Below are positions 1 to 13,260 of a stretch of 64,000 nt of DNA, piece by piece. Numbering within the stretch: position 1 is the stretch's first letter; the number at the start of each line of letters is the position of its first letter. Under the pieces are notes generated by a model, which saw nothing but the letters and a program-made list of their open reading frames with translations, was not told the DNA's origin and searched no databases. Source of the stretch: Octopus vulgaris (taxonomy: Eukaryota); NCBI GenBank assembly GCA_951406725.2, contig OX597836.1:27218001-27282000 (forward strand), in the 5' to 3' direction. Made by a program: the position numbers and the translations under genes.

Positions 1-318
1 TTGCTCTTTCACTATGCTCATTGCTATAGCTGTTGGTTGTTGTTTGGCCCCCAGATCAACTCTGAGCAGATCTATAGCCAAAGGCATTCCAACCACGACC
101 ACCCTATCCTTTTCTTGGGTATTTCATACCTGTGACTACATTATCCAATGTGTCCCTTTCTTTTCAAGACGTTATTGAGTACTTAAAAAGAAAACTGGCT
201 GTTATTTCTAGGAGGTTGAGCGACCATATATATCAATCTTCCTCTTGGTCACATGATCATTTTTTTAACCCTAGGTCAGCCTTGATCCAACTGACTGATG
301 ACCAACTGCTTTTATTTT

Positions 319-910
319 AGAAAATTATTATTTTTAAATCTCTCAACGAGAGATATTCAGCAACTGTACTTTGGAGTAAAGATTGTTTGCCAACATAAGA
401 TGGCAGTCTTGGTTTAGGACGAATGTTGCAGTAATTTAGTCCCAGGAAACATGGTCCCTAGCTGGCTGTACGACTGGCTACAGATGTATCCTTATATTTT
501 CGAACAAGGGAATCTAGCACCCCAACTCAGCTCAAAACAATATCTGTGTATAGCAATTTCCAGGTTCTTTTCCTGTGTAACCCAGAAATCATGATACACG
601 TATTTCTTTATTGCCCACAAGGAGCTAAACATAGAGGGGACAAACAGGGACAGATAAAGGGTTTAAGTCGATTACATCGATCCCAGTGCGTAACCGGTAC
701 TTATTTAATTGACCCCCGAAAGGATGAAAGGCAAAGTTGACCACAGATATTGTTTTGAGTTGAGTGGGGGTGCTAGATTCCCTTGTTCGAAAATATAAGG
801 ACACAGATCGTGTTGTATAGCCAGATGGAGACGATGTCTTCTGGGGCTAAATTACAGCTACATTCATCCTAAACCAGGACTGCCATGTTATGTTGGCAAA
901 CAATCTTTAC
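319..910. mobile_element. Non-autonomous foldback element, copy 1, with a SINE fragment inserted at ~601-741
   Basis: Inverted arms ~376-566 and ~578-910. Flanked by tgcttttatttt (307-318) and tgctttatttt (911-921). Same termini as the copy at 36331-37000. Confidence 0.8.
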
Positions 911-970
911 TGCTTTATTTTCATGTTCTTTTTTTTTATCAGACATAGTGTGTCTTAGACTACATTGTCT

Positions 971-971
<1 letters not shown>

Positions 972-1010
<39 letters not shown>

Positions 1011-1232
1011 GTCGTTTAACATCCGTTTTCCGCACTAGCATGGGTTGGACGGTTCGACCGGGGTCTGGGAAGCCAGGGGCTGCACCAGGCTCCAGTCTGA
1101 TCTGGCAGTGTTTCTACAGCTGGATGCCCTTCCTAACGCCAACCACTCCGCGAGTGTAGTGGGTGCTTTTTACGTGCCACCTGCACAGGTGCCAGGGGAG
1201 TCCTGCGTCGGCCACGATCGGTTGGTGCTTTT
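972..1232 (-). mobile_element. SINE family C: (GAT)n tail, GGAAGGGCATCCAGCTGTAGAAA body
   Basis: More than 10 similar copies in the window, e.g. 17400-17775, 18617-19079, 23045-23322, 24427-24870, 25118-25372, 27090-27320, 27340-27930, 30245-30625, 34355-34665, 47370-47630. Confidence 0.8.
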
Positions 1233-1502
1233 CTATTATATTTTCACATTTGAAAGTTAAAATGTTGTTGTTTATTATTTTCCCAGCGGAAGTACCCGGG
1301 TATTTTAAGCCGAGCCCGAGGTCTTGGAACCTATGTTGCCATTGATTTCAAAGACAGTGCCACTCGAGATGCTTTCATCCAAAATGCAAGATTAAAAGGT
1401 AAACTTTCTGCTTATGAAAAATCGATAATTCTTCTTCTCACCTCTCTATATTCCTTATTTTTGCTATTGTTTTTTGTTCTTGCTGTTGTTGTTGCTGCTG
1501 CT

Positions 1503-1870
1503 GTGAGTGAGCGAATGGTCTTCATCCCAGAGCTTGCAAGATGGGAGAAGTCCGAAACGTGGTCCTTTGCTATTCGTAAGACCCGCAGAAGAGAAAGCAG
1601 ATCAACCCCCGACACCGAGAGCATCGACGGATGGATGAATGCGCATCCAGGCTCAGCGGTTGCGTAGGAAGTCGGGGACAAGAAACAGAAAAAGTGAGAG
1701 AAAGTTGGAGCGAAAGAGTACAACAGGGGTCACCACCACCCCTTGCTGGAGCCTTATGAAGCTTTAGGTGTTTTTGCTCAATAAACACACACAACACCCG
1801 GTCTGGGAATTGAAACTGCAATCCTCTGACCGCGAGTCCGCTGCCCTAACCATTGGGCCATTGTGCCTCC
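1503..1870 (-). mobile_element. tRNA-derived SINE family D, tail type 1
   Basis: Head GGAGGCACAATGGCCCAATGGTTAGGGCAGCGGACTCGCGGTC, shared with 17850-18236 and 52366-52666. Confidence 0.8.
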
Positions 1871-1872
1871 AC

Positions 1873-1876
1873 TTGC

Positions 1877-1911
<35 letters not shown>

Positions 1912-2357
1912 CTGCTGCTGTGATTGTTGTTGCCGCTGTTCTTGCTGTCACTGTTATTGTTGTTGTTGTTATTCTGCTGCCATTGTTGTTTTTGTTGTTG
2001 TTGTTGTTGCTGTCACCGTTGTTGTTGTTCTGCTGCTGTTGTTGTTCTGCTGCTGTTGTTGTTGTTGTTGATATCATTGCTGCTGTTGTTGCTGCTGATG
2101 TTGTTGTTGCTATTGTTGTTGTTGTTGCTATTGTTGTTGTTTTTGCTGCTGCTGCTGTTGTTGCTATTGCTGTTGTTGTTGCTGCTGTTGTTGCTATTGT
2201 TGTTGTTGTTGCTATTGTTGTTGTTGTTGTTGCTGCTGCTGCTGTTGCTACTGTTGTTGTTGATGCCATCGCTGTCATCGATGTTGCTGCTGTTGTAGTT
2301 GCTATTGCTGATGTTGTTGTCACTGTTGATACTGTTGTTGTTGTTGTTGTTGTTGTC
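1873..2357. repeat. Compound (GTT/GCT)n trinucleotide array
   Basis: Visible directly. Produces the homopolymer-rich ORFs in several frames. Confidence 0.95.
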
Positions 2358-2721
2358 ATCCTCAATAACGACCATTTTATTTCTGTCCGGCAGGCGTCAA
2401 CCTGGGCGGATCCGGATCGGTCACTCTACGCTTCCGACCGACTTTGACCCTCAGAAAGAAACATGTCAACATATTCCTGGATGTTCTTCATTCTCTGTTG
2501 GCGCAGATGAAATAATTCCTTCTTCCTCCTCAGTCGTTGCCAATCCATCGTCAATCTCGACCCCCACCCCCACCCATCTCTTTCTTTCTCTCTCTGCTCA
2601 TTTAGTGTCCATCATCGTTATTGGTGGTGGTGGTGGTGATGGTATTTAACCCCAGGTCAAGGTTGATCAAACAGCTCTAGGCTACAGTGGTTGAACATGA
2701 TAGACATCCTAATTACAACAA

Positions 2722-2937
2722 ATACTGTTCTGTATTTAAGAGATGAGGAATTATGTACATTATTTACATTATTTACATTATTTACACTTGACGGATATTT
2801 GTCCACATCTTGTTTGTTGTTAACACAACGTTTCGGCTGGTATACCCTCCAGCCTTCATCAGGTGTCTTAGGGAAATTTCGAACCTGGGTTCTCATTCCT
2901 AAGGTATTTTTCTATATTATCATTATCATTATTATTA

Positions 2938-2982
<45 letters not shown>

Positions 2983-3033
2983 TCACTGCCTGGAATCGAA
3001 CTCGGAATCTTGCACTCTTAACCACTATGCCAT
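2722..3033 (-). mobile_element. tRNA-headed element with an (AAT)n spacer and a hammerhead-containing tail; inverted second head at 3034-3148
   Basis: B-box GAGTTCGATTCC in both heads. Palindromic junction GCCATATGGC (3029-3038). The tail contains CTGATGA...GAAAC. Confidence 0.7.
2822..2867 (-). ncRNA. Minimal type I hammerhead ribozyme-like motif (C3-G8)
   Basis: gacac-CTGATGA-A-GGCTGG(agggtata)CCAGCC-GAAA-CGTT-gtgtt: stem I, 6-bp stem II, palindromic ACGT stem III. Confidence 0.65.
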
Positions 3034-3099
3034 ATGGCGTTGGTGGTTAAGAGCACGTGCTACTAACCCCAAGATTCCGAGTTCGATTCCAGACAGTGA

Positions 3100-3148
<49 letters not shown>

Positions 3149-3224
3149 GATACAAAGCTTTTCTTTCATAAGCCCCAAATTACTCTAGTGTGATACTGGT
3201 AGCAGCAGCAGTAGCAGCAGTAGC

Positions 3225-3265
<41 letters not shown>

Positions 3266-3266
3266 C

Positions 3267-3464
3267 TGAAAAATCGATAAACCGATTCCTTATGGGATTT
3301 CCCAATCAAATTGTATGCAACCCATTTTCAGCCAAACATTTACCAATTTTAACAGATTTTGCTCAAATTTGACGTCGGTGTAGCTTAGTTTGGTTTGAAA
3401 AAAAGCTCTTGATTAGCTTAATAATCCTAACTTAATCCTGGGCAACGCCGGGCTATACTGCTAG
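3267..3464 (+). mobile_element. Helitron-like 3' end
   Basis: GC-rich hairpin CCTGGGCAACGCCGGG a few nt upstream of CTAG|T (3461-3465). The 5' boundary is approximate. Confidence 0.55.
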
Positions 3465-3762
3465 TATGTGATACGCAGGACAGGCAAAGAGTTAAACAAC
3501 AACAAGGAAAGATGCATAAAACTAATGTAGTCCTAGATATACTGTGTCTAAAAGACATATGTAATTGTCACGGCCGGAACAGCTTTAACTATTGGCGCAC
3601 TTGATTATGCTGACCGAAGGTTAACCTTTTTGTATCTCTGAAGCATTTTCATATGTTGGTCCTAATCGTCTATTCTTGTTTCCAGACATTTAGTTAGCCT
3701 TTGTTTTATACGTTTTGAGTAATATAAAGCTTTCCTTTCATAAGTCCCAAGTTACTCTGGTG

Positions 3763-4326
3763 CAGGGATTCTCTTTTTTTTTTTGTATCTATGGTCCCCT
3801 TTGATTATTGCTTTATTTTGGTGGACCCCCCCCCCCCCCACCACCACCAACGACCATTCAATGTTTACAAACTAGTTTTATAGAAACCCCTTTCAAAATT
3901 CCTATTTTGCTTTTCACGCATTACCTTGCGTAAGTTGAACTATGTAAAATGTGAGAGAAAGGAACCTAGCTGTTTCTTGCAATACATACCAATACATACA
4001 TCTAAAGCAGGGGTTCTCAACCATTCTTTATCTATGGACCCCTTTGATTACTATTATGGTGGAACCCCATGGCCATTTGATATCTAATAACTAGTTTTAT
4101 AGAAACTGCTTTCAAAATTCCTATTTTGTTTGTCACACATTAACCTGTGTAGGTTGAACTGTGCAAAATGTCAGAGAAAGAAACCTCTTTCTTGCAATGC
4201 ATACCAATACTTAGATCTAAAGCAAAAATTTTTCAGAGTCCTTTAAAATACGATTGGGGATCACCAATTTAGTATTTCATTGCATAGACCCTCAGCGGCT
4301 ATACGGACTCCAGTTGAGAACTCCTC
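3763..4326. mobile_element. hAT/Charlie-type MITE with two internal ~200-240 bp units
   Basis: CAGGGGTTCTCAACC terminal motif. Reverse-complement homolog of 42584-43554. Confidence 0.7.
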
Positions 4327-4794
4327 TTTGCTCTAGAGGATGATAAAATCTTGGGGTGTATATCATATTTAATTCATGGATGCCATGGAAATATTCCTTG
4401 TGCATAACATGTGGTGCACAGGACAGGCAAAGTGTTGATACACACACACATATTCTGTAGCACATATTTGCACTTACGCATGCACATCCACACACACACA
4501 CACACGTGCAGACATACTCTCATTCATGTTCTCATACAAACACACACATATTCAAATACACATCTGCACTTATACACACACACACACACATGTGAACATG
4601 CACACATGCACACTCACACATATGCACACAGACACATGCGTACTCTGACTCATAAGGTACCACAGACTCAGAAATGGTTCCAAGTCTTGTTTCGATGACA
4701 TTATCCAAAGAAACTTTCTCATATTCTATCCAAGCATGGTAAACCTAATTCTTCTCAGGAAGAATTCCAAACACACCCATTAAACTCAAAACAC

Positions 4795-4832
<38 letters not shown>

Positions 4833-4874
4833 CAGCAGCAGTAGTAGCAGTAGCAGTAGCAGTAGTAGTAGTAA

Positions 4875-4926
<52 letters not shown>

Positions 4927-5156
4927 TATAATAACGACGATGATGATGATGGTTTCAAATTTTGGCACAAGACCAGCAATTTTGAGAGGAGGGGCAAGGT
5001 ATTTACATCTACCCCAATATTTTTTGTTCCAACGACCCTGGAGTGATGAAAGACAAAGTTGACCCTGGCTGGATTTGAACTCACAATGTAAAGTGCTGGA
5101 ACAAACACTGCAAGGCATTTTCCCATCATTTAAACAATTCTGTCAATTCAACACTC

Positions 5157-5188
<32 letters not shown>

Positions 5189-5726
5189 CGAATCGTGCTC
5201 TTCGTCTTGACTGTTTACCTTTGTGAAGAGTTACATCAATCCTTTTTAAAATAATAATATAATTATAATAATAATCATAATAACGATGATGATAATAATA
5301 AAAATAATAATAATAATGATAATGAATTTGACGGTAGTAACAGACCATTACCCCATTTCCTTCCATTTTTCTAAAAAAAAAAGTGTTTCTTCGGAATTTC
5401 ATTCTAACCATTCCCGGTCCACCCTTCCCATCATGCTTTGTCCAGCCTTCCCATCATGCTCTACCCACTTCAACCAATGGTAATGTCGCCAACTCCCCTC
5501 TTTCCCTAGCTAACCTCACCAAAACAACAAGTGATATGGTCTGGAGTTAATGGTTGTGAATTGAGAGAAAAAAAAAAACTAAATGGTTTTGTTATCTGAA
5601 GAATTTGTTTCACTGTTTTTACCTTCAAGAATAAACCACTGCGGATATCTTCATCACTGAATCTGTGTTAGTTTCTCATTACACACACATACACGTGCAA
5701 ATAGATAGATTGATGCATAGATATAA

Positions 5727-5771
<45 letters not shown>

Positions 5772-5833
5772 TTCAATATGTGACCTCATGAGTACCGCTG
5801 GCGATTTTTTTCCTCTGTCTTCCCTTCTCCTAT

Positions 5834-5868
5834 GTTTCCGACGAAGAGCTCCGCTCGAAACGTTAAAC
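5834..5868 (+). ncRNA. Minimal hammerhead-like motif (C3-G8, U4 to C variant) in a repeat embedded in (TA)n
   Basis: gttt-CCGACGA-A-GAGC(tcc)GCTC-GAAA-CGTT-aaac. Confidence 0.5.
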
Positions 5869-6449
5869 CCTCCTTCTTCCCTTCTTTCCTGAGCGTCCAA
5901 TAATACTTTATTTGTTCCACGTCCACGCGTTGTTGTGTTTTTTTTGTGTTTTCTTGTTTGGATTAACTATATATATATATATATATATAAAGTTAATCCA
6001 AACAAGAAAGCACATTTTAAAAAAATACGGGTGCAGCGAAATTCATTTTTGGACTTTCTTCTATCGATGGCATTTTAAGAAAAATGCTTCCGTAAAGACG
6101 GTGAAAATTCAATTTTTAAACAATAACCAAAGCCCCTTCTCCGTAAGGGGGAGGGTTACGGTTTACAATTATTTAACAAATGCAACACAACAGCGCTTCC
6201 CTGACGAGGAACCAACAAACGTGATTACAATAGTCAAACAGTAATAATATTAACAACAAACCTTTTTAATTTATCCCCATTTATGTGAAAACACTGATGC
6301 AATTTTATACGAATTGCTAATACACACACACATAATAAGGGTGAAATATTGAATATTAATTTGATTAATATGAATTGAAAACCAATGGTGTAGCATATAA
6401 GACCATAGCGGATCTTCTTCTAGCAAAATGGATGACCATTGTTAATGGT

Positions 6450-6702
6450 TCATCCCTGTTATATAATACTTTCACTTTAATAGTGAAAGTGTCTGCATTA
6501 CAAAAGAGAAATGTTTTTGTTTCACTTTTAACACGTAATACTGAAATAGTGGAGAAGATATGATATTGCTGTGGGGTCGCCCTAGGGAAAAAGTTAAGTA
6601 AGGCATGTGTAAAATTTGAATGAAATTGGTTGTGTAGTTCTCAAGTTTTAGTGAAACACACAGACAGACAGGCACACATTCTCAGTTTTATATATATAGA
6701 GA
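6450..6702 (-). mobile_element. Helitron-like non-autonomous fragment (5' end)
   Basis: Minus strand begins TCTCTATATATATAAAA...TGTCTGTCTG, a typical Helitron 5' pattern. No 3' end seen. Confidence 0.4.
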
Positions 6703-7427
6703 TATTTATTATTATAAGTGCATGCGTGGTAAGAAGCTTGCTTTCCAACCACATGGTTACGGGTTCAGTCTCACTGTGTGGCACCTTTTAGTAAGTGTTT
6801 TTCTACTATAGCTTTGGACCGACTAAAGAAGCCCATCATATATATGTGTGAGTCTTTGTGTCTGTTTCCTCCCCCATCGATGTTGGTGTGTTTACGTTCC
6901 CGTAACTTAGTGGCTCGGCAAAAGTGACTGATAGAATAAGTACTTGGCTTGGGTTCGATTTATTCGACTAAAAAAACCCCATTTAAGGTGGACGCAGTAA
7001 CAAATAAAAGAATATGTATGTGTGTGTGTTTTGTATTTGTCCCTTATCACCAGTGCTGGTTTGTTTACGTCCTCGTAGCATAGTGGTTCGGTAAAAGAGA
7101 CCGACAGAATACGAAACAAGTTTAAAAGAAGTACTGGGATCAATTTATTTGACAAAAAAGAAAAAAAGAAAACTCTTCAAGACGGTGCTCCAGCATGACC
7201 GCGGTCCACTGACTGAAACAAGTAAAAGATAAACGATTCCTTCTATTCAAAGGCGGTACCAAAGTACATTACCGTAGTTTTGCCATCTAAAAATTATTAT
7301 CACTAACGACACTACTACGGGTGATTGCCAGGCTGGGATGCTACAACAGCCAAACACCCTCCCGAACATCCTCTGATACAATCGTGAGATGTTGACATTG
7401 TTACGAGTAATTGTTGGGCTGGGATCC

Positions 7428-7897
7428 TTCCCTGGGCATGGACACGTTGAAACTCCGACGTCTGGCAGCTGGCTTGGCAGACACCCATAAAATTATTAAC
7501 CATCTTACTAACAATAACTCTGAGCACCTTTTCAAACTCCACCCGTCTAACACCCGTGGACATATTTACAAAGTCAGAAAACAGCACAGCTCCCATGACT
7601 TTAGGAAACATTTTTTCACGCTGAGAGTTGCTGAAGTATGGAACAAACTGCCGGCATCAGTTGTTAGTTGTCGGAGCACTGCATCCTTCAAAACTTCCAT
7701 GCTTTCTGAGATTCGCCAACACTACACCTGATTTTCTCCCCTCCATACACACACAAGCATGTATCTGACTCATACATTGTTTGCTTCCCAGACATTTGTA
7801 AATTACTGCATATGCTTTATATGCACTTTCTGACAAGTTGTGGTGCACCTGAGCACTGTATACAATAATTTCGTTATTATTGTTATTATTATTATTA
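7428..7897 (+). mobile_element. 5'-truncated CR1-type LINE (ORF2 C-terminus, 3' UTR, (TTA)n tail)
   Basis: ORF 7411-7731 has LRRL...TRGH.YK...RKHFFTLRVAEVWNKLP.SVV...FK, the conserved CR1 ORF2 end. Confidence 0.85.
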
Positions 7898-8689
7898 TAT
7901 TCAGGAAGAAGATGTGTCATTCATGGCTATCTAAAGAGGTTTAGTTGGATAAATGAAGTGCAATAGCTTCAACTTGTTGCAGATTCTGATAACAGGGAAC
8001 TTAGCTTTCTTCTAAACTTATTAAAATTATGACACAACTGCTGTAGATAACAGTGAGCACTGTATACAATATTTTCATTAAAAAGGTAATGTAAAAGGAG
8101 AAGAAAGGGGACTCTCTACACCCCCTTTTTTTTTTTACCAGGCTCCCGTTGGCTTTTGTAGGGTTTTTTCCACCAGGAACCTTTCGAGACGTCTCCCCCT
8201 TTTGGGAGTTTTTCATTGTTGAATTTTATAAGTTGTTATAAAGATTTTTACTCGATGTTTTTAAAAAAACGGCAAAACCCTTTGTAACCTTTCGTCCTGT
8301 CTTGTCCCTTTATGTAATCATGCGTGTCAGCCCTTGTGGCCAATAAAAAAGAATTGATTATTATTATTATTATAGAGGCGCATCCGCATATAAAAAAAAA
8401 AGGGCGCCGTGACACATATCAAGCAATTTTTCACTCATTGATTATTCATTTCATAAAAAGCGTCAATTTTGAAAACTGTGCTTGGGTGGGGGGTAGTGGT
8501 CGCTCTCCTTATCAGTTACGTCACTGACTGGGATGCTACAACAGACGAACATACTCTTGATACTTCAGTGAGGCGTTATTAACGAAGTTTGAAAATCCGT
8601 CGTTGGCGATTCATCTCCTACCAACGGATCGAAAGCCACAAGTTGGAAAATGTAAATGCAGATTACTGTATTTCGTTAGTTGTCCCTTC

Positions 8690-8780
8690 TTCATTTCAAG
8701 ACATGTTATAAAGTGTTTTGGAGAAATGGTCATCCCCTTGTCTGACACCCCTTTCCAACTGAAGTCTTAATGGTGGGCAG
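8690..8780 (-). pseudogene. Decayed RTE-like reverse transcriptase fragment
   Basis: Frameshifted LERGVRQGD / ISPKHFITCLE, resembling the RT motif GVRQGDxISPKLF. Confidence 0.5.
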
Positions 8781-10684
8781 AATAGATCGACATCGGTGGT
8801 GCAACCCGCATCACAATTTCATCTAGTATCGTGCACAGCCAGGGATTTATTTACCTTGATGCTGAGAAAATTATATTGTTACAAAATTTGAACCGAAACG
8901 GAAAAGAAGGGTGCAGTCAAGACAAGAAAGAATAGGAGCGCACAGTGACTAGCGATGTGTAAGGACTGCTCATAATTTGGGCCGACAGAACGATTTCATT
9001 AGCTACAATTGCATTAAACCAAGGGAAATAACTCTCACAAGCTCAGTTTTCAAATTACAACGTGAGATATTTAATGGTAGAGAAATATAGATATTTTTTG
9101 TAGTGATGGGAATGAATGGTGGTGGTGGTGGAGAAGTATATTGTTGTTTAACCCCAGGTCAGCCTTGATTGAGCAATCATACAGCAAAACGGCGAGACAC
9201 GACCTAGGCAGAGATTCATTTTCTTAGATCAATTGTCTGTTTAACTAACGTCTGTACTATACGTTCATATACAGACTGTGTATCAGGGCGCAGTATAGTC
9301 GTCATACGGTGGTATATTGTACAGGGCATTCATGGGCAAACTGCGGCCCGTGGGATTTTCTGATTCGCACGATGATGTGTTTTTCTCAAAGGACAAGAAG
9401 GGTGCAAGCTGAGTGGAATTTGACTGCTATTTCTAGCAACGTGTTTGGATGATGGTTGTAAGAAGAAACTGAAATAGCGGTGGAAGGTGGTGGTGCTTAT
9501 GTGGGCGAAGGTGGTGTGGAGGAGGTGTTATCGGTGATGCAAAGGGAATGGTTATGGGGGTAGTGGTGGTGGGATGGGGTGATGAAGAAAAAACATTTGG
9601 GGAATTACAGACAATGGTGATATTTCGTAACCAAGTTATGCAGGCTTTTGTAGTTTAGCCCCAGGTCAGCACTGATTGATTAATCATATGATCACAGACA
9701 TTCTAGATATGGCCATCCTGTCCTTTTTGGGGGCATAATGTATCTAGGACTACATTATCCAATGTGTCCTTCTCTTTTCAAGATGGTAGAGTATGAATTG
9801 AGAGAGATTTGACTGCTATGTCTACAAGGAGGTCTCAAAGCAATGAAAATATTTTGACAAATTAAATTTAAATGTTGAAGTGAATCTAACGGATTTTGTG
9901 TGTTTCTTGAAAGGCTTATAAACACCTTCCATGCTGCAATTGTTTTCATTCCAGCACACGATCTCAGATCAGGTCACTTGCTATGCAAGTACATCTCCAT
10001 AATATATATATATATTTATATATATACACACTGATGACACAGAGGGGACCATATTTGAGAGGAGGGGCAGGCAACGACAGTGATAGTCTGGCACAGACGT
10101 GTCTGTGAATTCATCTTACGGTCAAGACTAGAATTTAGAACTAAGAACTAATGAAACATCGACCAAATATCCTCAACGGTGCCACCATTTACAATATATA
10201 ACCATGTGGTGGATATCCTCAACAGACAAGCAGACTGAGCTATTGCAAACTGACCACCTTCACCAGTGATCTGATGATACGCGACTGGGTTTTGAACCAG
10301 CAACCTTTCAATTTAGAGGTCCACAACCTAAAGAAATTCAATTTTCTTGTTGAGGCTGTAGAGTAGATTTGTGACTAAGGACACTCCAGCTGTGACCATT
10401 CCATCTTTAATGGAACATAGTGTATCTTGGACTACATTATTCTATAGTGGTGTCCGTTATTTTAAGCAGGTAAAGTGAAATATGGCTGCTATTTCTAACA
10501 GTTCAAGCATGCAGACTCCTTACAACACCTTTCTTTACCTGTTAACAGAAAACTCAATTAACCAAATGCTGTTCCAGCCATGACCATTCCATTTATTAAA
10601 TAAATGGTGGTGGTTGTGAAGGAGGAGCACTGTCTGTGTCTTTTTTTCGTGTTTCCTCTTTAGGAGACATTTAAGTAGTAGTAT

Positions 10685-11092
10685 CTATTTCTTTACTGCC
10701 CACAAGGGGCTAAACACAGAGGGGACAAACAAGGACAGACATAGGTATTAAGTCGATTACATCGACCCCAGTGCATAACTGGTACTTAATTTATCGACCC
10801 CGAAAGGATGAAAGGCAAAGTCGATCTCGGCGGAATTTGAACTCAGAACGCAGAGGTGGACGAAATACCTATTTCTTTACTACCCACAAGGGGCTAAACA
10901 CAGAGGGGACAAACAAGGACAGACAAACGGATTAAGTCGATCACATCGACCCCAGTGCATAACTGGTACTTAATTTATCGACCCCCGAAAGGATGAAAGG
11001 CAAAGTCGACCTTGGCAGAATTTGAACTCAGAACGCAGCGGTGGACGAAATACCGCAATGCATTTCGCCCGGCGTGCTAACATTTCTGCCAG
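10685..11092 (-). mobile_element. SINE family B (GGCGAGCTGGCAGAA head), partial tandem dimer
   Basis: Core GTCGACTTTGCCTTTCATCCTTTCGGGGTCGATAAATTAAGTACC resembles a Deu/Nin-type domain (from memory). Other copies at 19140-19890, 32433-32663, 33676-33907, 41243-41870, 47945-48330 and 53790-53985. Confidence 0.8.
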
Positions 11093-11555
11093 TATCTTCT
11101 CCACCAACGCACACACAGATGGCAGAGAGACACAAATAGCTGACCTGTTCACTGGGTGGCCGTGACCCACCCTTAATCCCTTGGTCCTATATACATTCTT
11201 GAAATGAAGGAATAGAGCAAAAGAATAGCTTAGCTGGGCTGAAACAGATAAAATCTCATGGTGGTGCAACAATAGACAAAATTGGAGCAGACAGCTGACA
11301 ATAAATGAGGGAAAGAAAAAACATTAGAGTTTTAATTTTATGGATAAAAATTTATTCATGGATGGAATTATTTTTCTTGTTATTATTATCATTATCATTG
11401 TTATTATTATTAATCATAATTATTATTAGTAATCTGTGAGTTAAAAACATTTTTTTGACAATTTTCAGCTTTTTGAAATGATGTATGTTCTATTTTAAGA
11501 TCATATATTTCCAAATTTGTGTGTTTGAGTGAGTGTATGCATGTGTGTGTGTGTG

Positions 11556-11589
<34 letters not shown>

Positions 11590-11593
<4 letters not shown>

Positions 11594-11867
11594 AGAGATG
11601 TACTTGCATAGCAAGTAACCTGATCTGAGATCGTGTGCTGGAATGAAAACAATTGTAGCATGGAAGGTGTTTATAAGCCTTTTAAGAAACACAAAATCCA
11701 TTAGATTCACTTCAACATTTAAATTTAATTTGTCAAAATATTTTCATCGCTTTGAGACTGCAATCTGTTCACTTACCGATAAATTAAATTTAAATGTTAA
11801 AGTGAATCTAACAGATTTTGAGTGTTTCATAAATGTTTTATAAACACCTTCCACGCTGCAATTGTTT
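11590..11867. mobile_element. (TA)n-embedded repeat with ~85-bp inverted arms and a G3-C8 hammerhead-like core
   Basis: Arms at ~11647-11731 and ~11781-11867. Homologs at ~9830-10000 and ~25372-25610. Confidence 0.65.
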
Positions 11868-12607
11868 ATATATATATATTATATATTATATATATATATA
11901 TATATGGAGGTATGTATGTATATAGAGGTATATGCATGTAAGTATGAGCACACATACACATAATATATATATATATATATAGAGGTATGTATGTAACTAT
12001 AGAGGTATATGCAAGTAAGTGTATGCACATATGTATGTATATACACACACACACACACATATATATATATGGAGGTATGTATGTATATAGAGGCATATGC
12101 AGGTAAGTGTATGCACACACACACACATATATATATATGTATGTATGTACGTATGTATATGAGTAACCAAGTCCTGATAGCCTACAGAATGATGATATGA
12201 TAATAAAAAGTAAAATTAGTCAGAAGTTATGGAGTTATCATCTCTTAGTTTATTTATACACAGATATTAAAAAATGTCTGAATTTTCTGAGTGAAATTAA
12301 ATGAAATACTGCCTAAATCCATTTCTCTAGTCTCCTTGTGTTGTGTCTAATGCAGAAGAGTCAGTATTTTTTATCATCTCTGATTAAAGGGAGTGATCTC
12401 ATTGTTTATTATAATTAGCTGAAATGCTGATTGTCGATGACAAGTTTAAAGTTAATGGATTTGAATAACAGAAATTCTTATATTAGAAACAGAGATCAGC
12501 TCTACAACATTAGACACAGCATGAAAAAACAAAAAAAAGGAAATGGATAAAAGGAGTTAACCCTCTAACATTTAAACCAGCCAAATCTAGCCTCTTACAC
12601 CAGCCCT

Positions 12608-12782
12608 AGGAGTGGCTGTGTGGTAAGTAGCTTGCTAACCAACCGCATGGTTCTGGGTTTAGTCCAACTGCGTGGCATCTTGGGCAAGTGTCTTCTGCTA
12701 TAGCCCCGGGCTGACCAAAGCCTTGTGAGTGGATTTGGTAGACGGAAACTGAAAGAAGCCTATCGTATATATGTATATTATG

Positions 12783-12813
<31 letters not shown>

Positions 12814-13009
12814 CTGTGTTTGTCTCCCTAACATTGCTTGACAACCGATGCTGGTGTGTTTACATCCCCATCACTTAGCGGTTCGGCAAAAGAGACCGAT
12901 AGAATAAGTACTGGGCTTACAAAGAATAAGTCCCGGGGTCGATTTGCTCGACTAAAGGCGGTGCTCCAGCATGGCCGCAGTCAAATGAGTGAAACAAGTA
13001 AAAGAGTAA
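12608..13009 (+). mobile_element. SINE family A (GGCGCAGGAGTGGCTGTGTGG tRNA head, internal TA/TG tract, AAAAGAGT tail)
   Basis: A- and B-box-like motifs. Near-identical copies at 21861-22263, 22464-22818, 25847-26225, 32849-33249, 51753-52133(-), 57531-57858, 58490-58812 and 61563-61885(-). Confidence 0.85.
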
Positions 13010-13260
13010 GGTAGGAAAGGTAGGAGAGTTCAGTTTGCTGGACATTGTTGTAGAGCTGAAAAAGAAGTAATTTCTACTCTTCTCCTCTGGAAGCCATCTA
13101 CTCGCAATACCAGAGGGCGCACACTCTCCTACCCTGATGTAATCTCCAGGGATACAGGCATCCAGCAACAGGACCTCCGTAATGCCATGATGGACCGTGA
13201 AGTCTGGCGTAGCATGGTAAATTCCATTGTCTCGACCACGGTCGAACAATGATGATGATG
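13010..13260 (+). mobile_element. RTE/RTE-X-like LINE 3' fragment, copy 1
   Basis: Encodes RRVQFAGHC.R...LLLWKP...RGR...WRSMV, followed by a (TGA)n tail. 8-bp TSD aagagtaa (13002-13009 and 13261-13268). Confidence 0.8.

Noticed and set aside
1778-2447. Long poly-T/A/V/L/C/N ORFs
   Set aside because: Open in several frames because of the trinucleotide array; no domain or splice support.
3034-3105. Functional tRNA gene (also the heads at 17853 and 52366)
   Set aside because: No complete acceptor stem, and the sequence continues into repeat bodies; treated as SINE heads.
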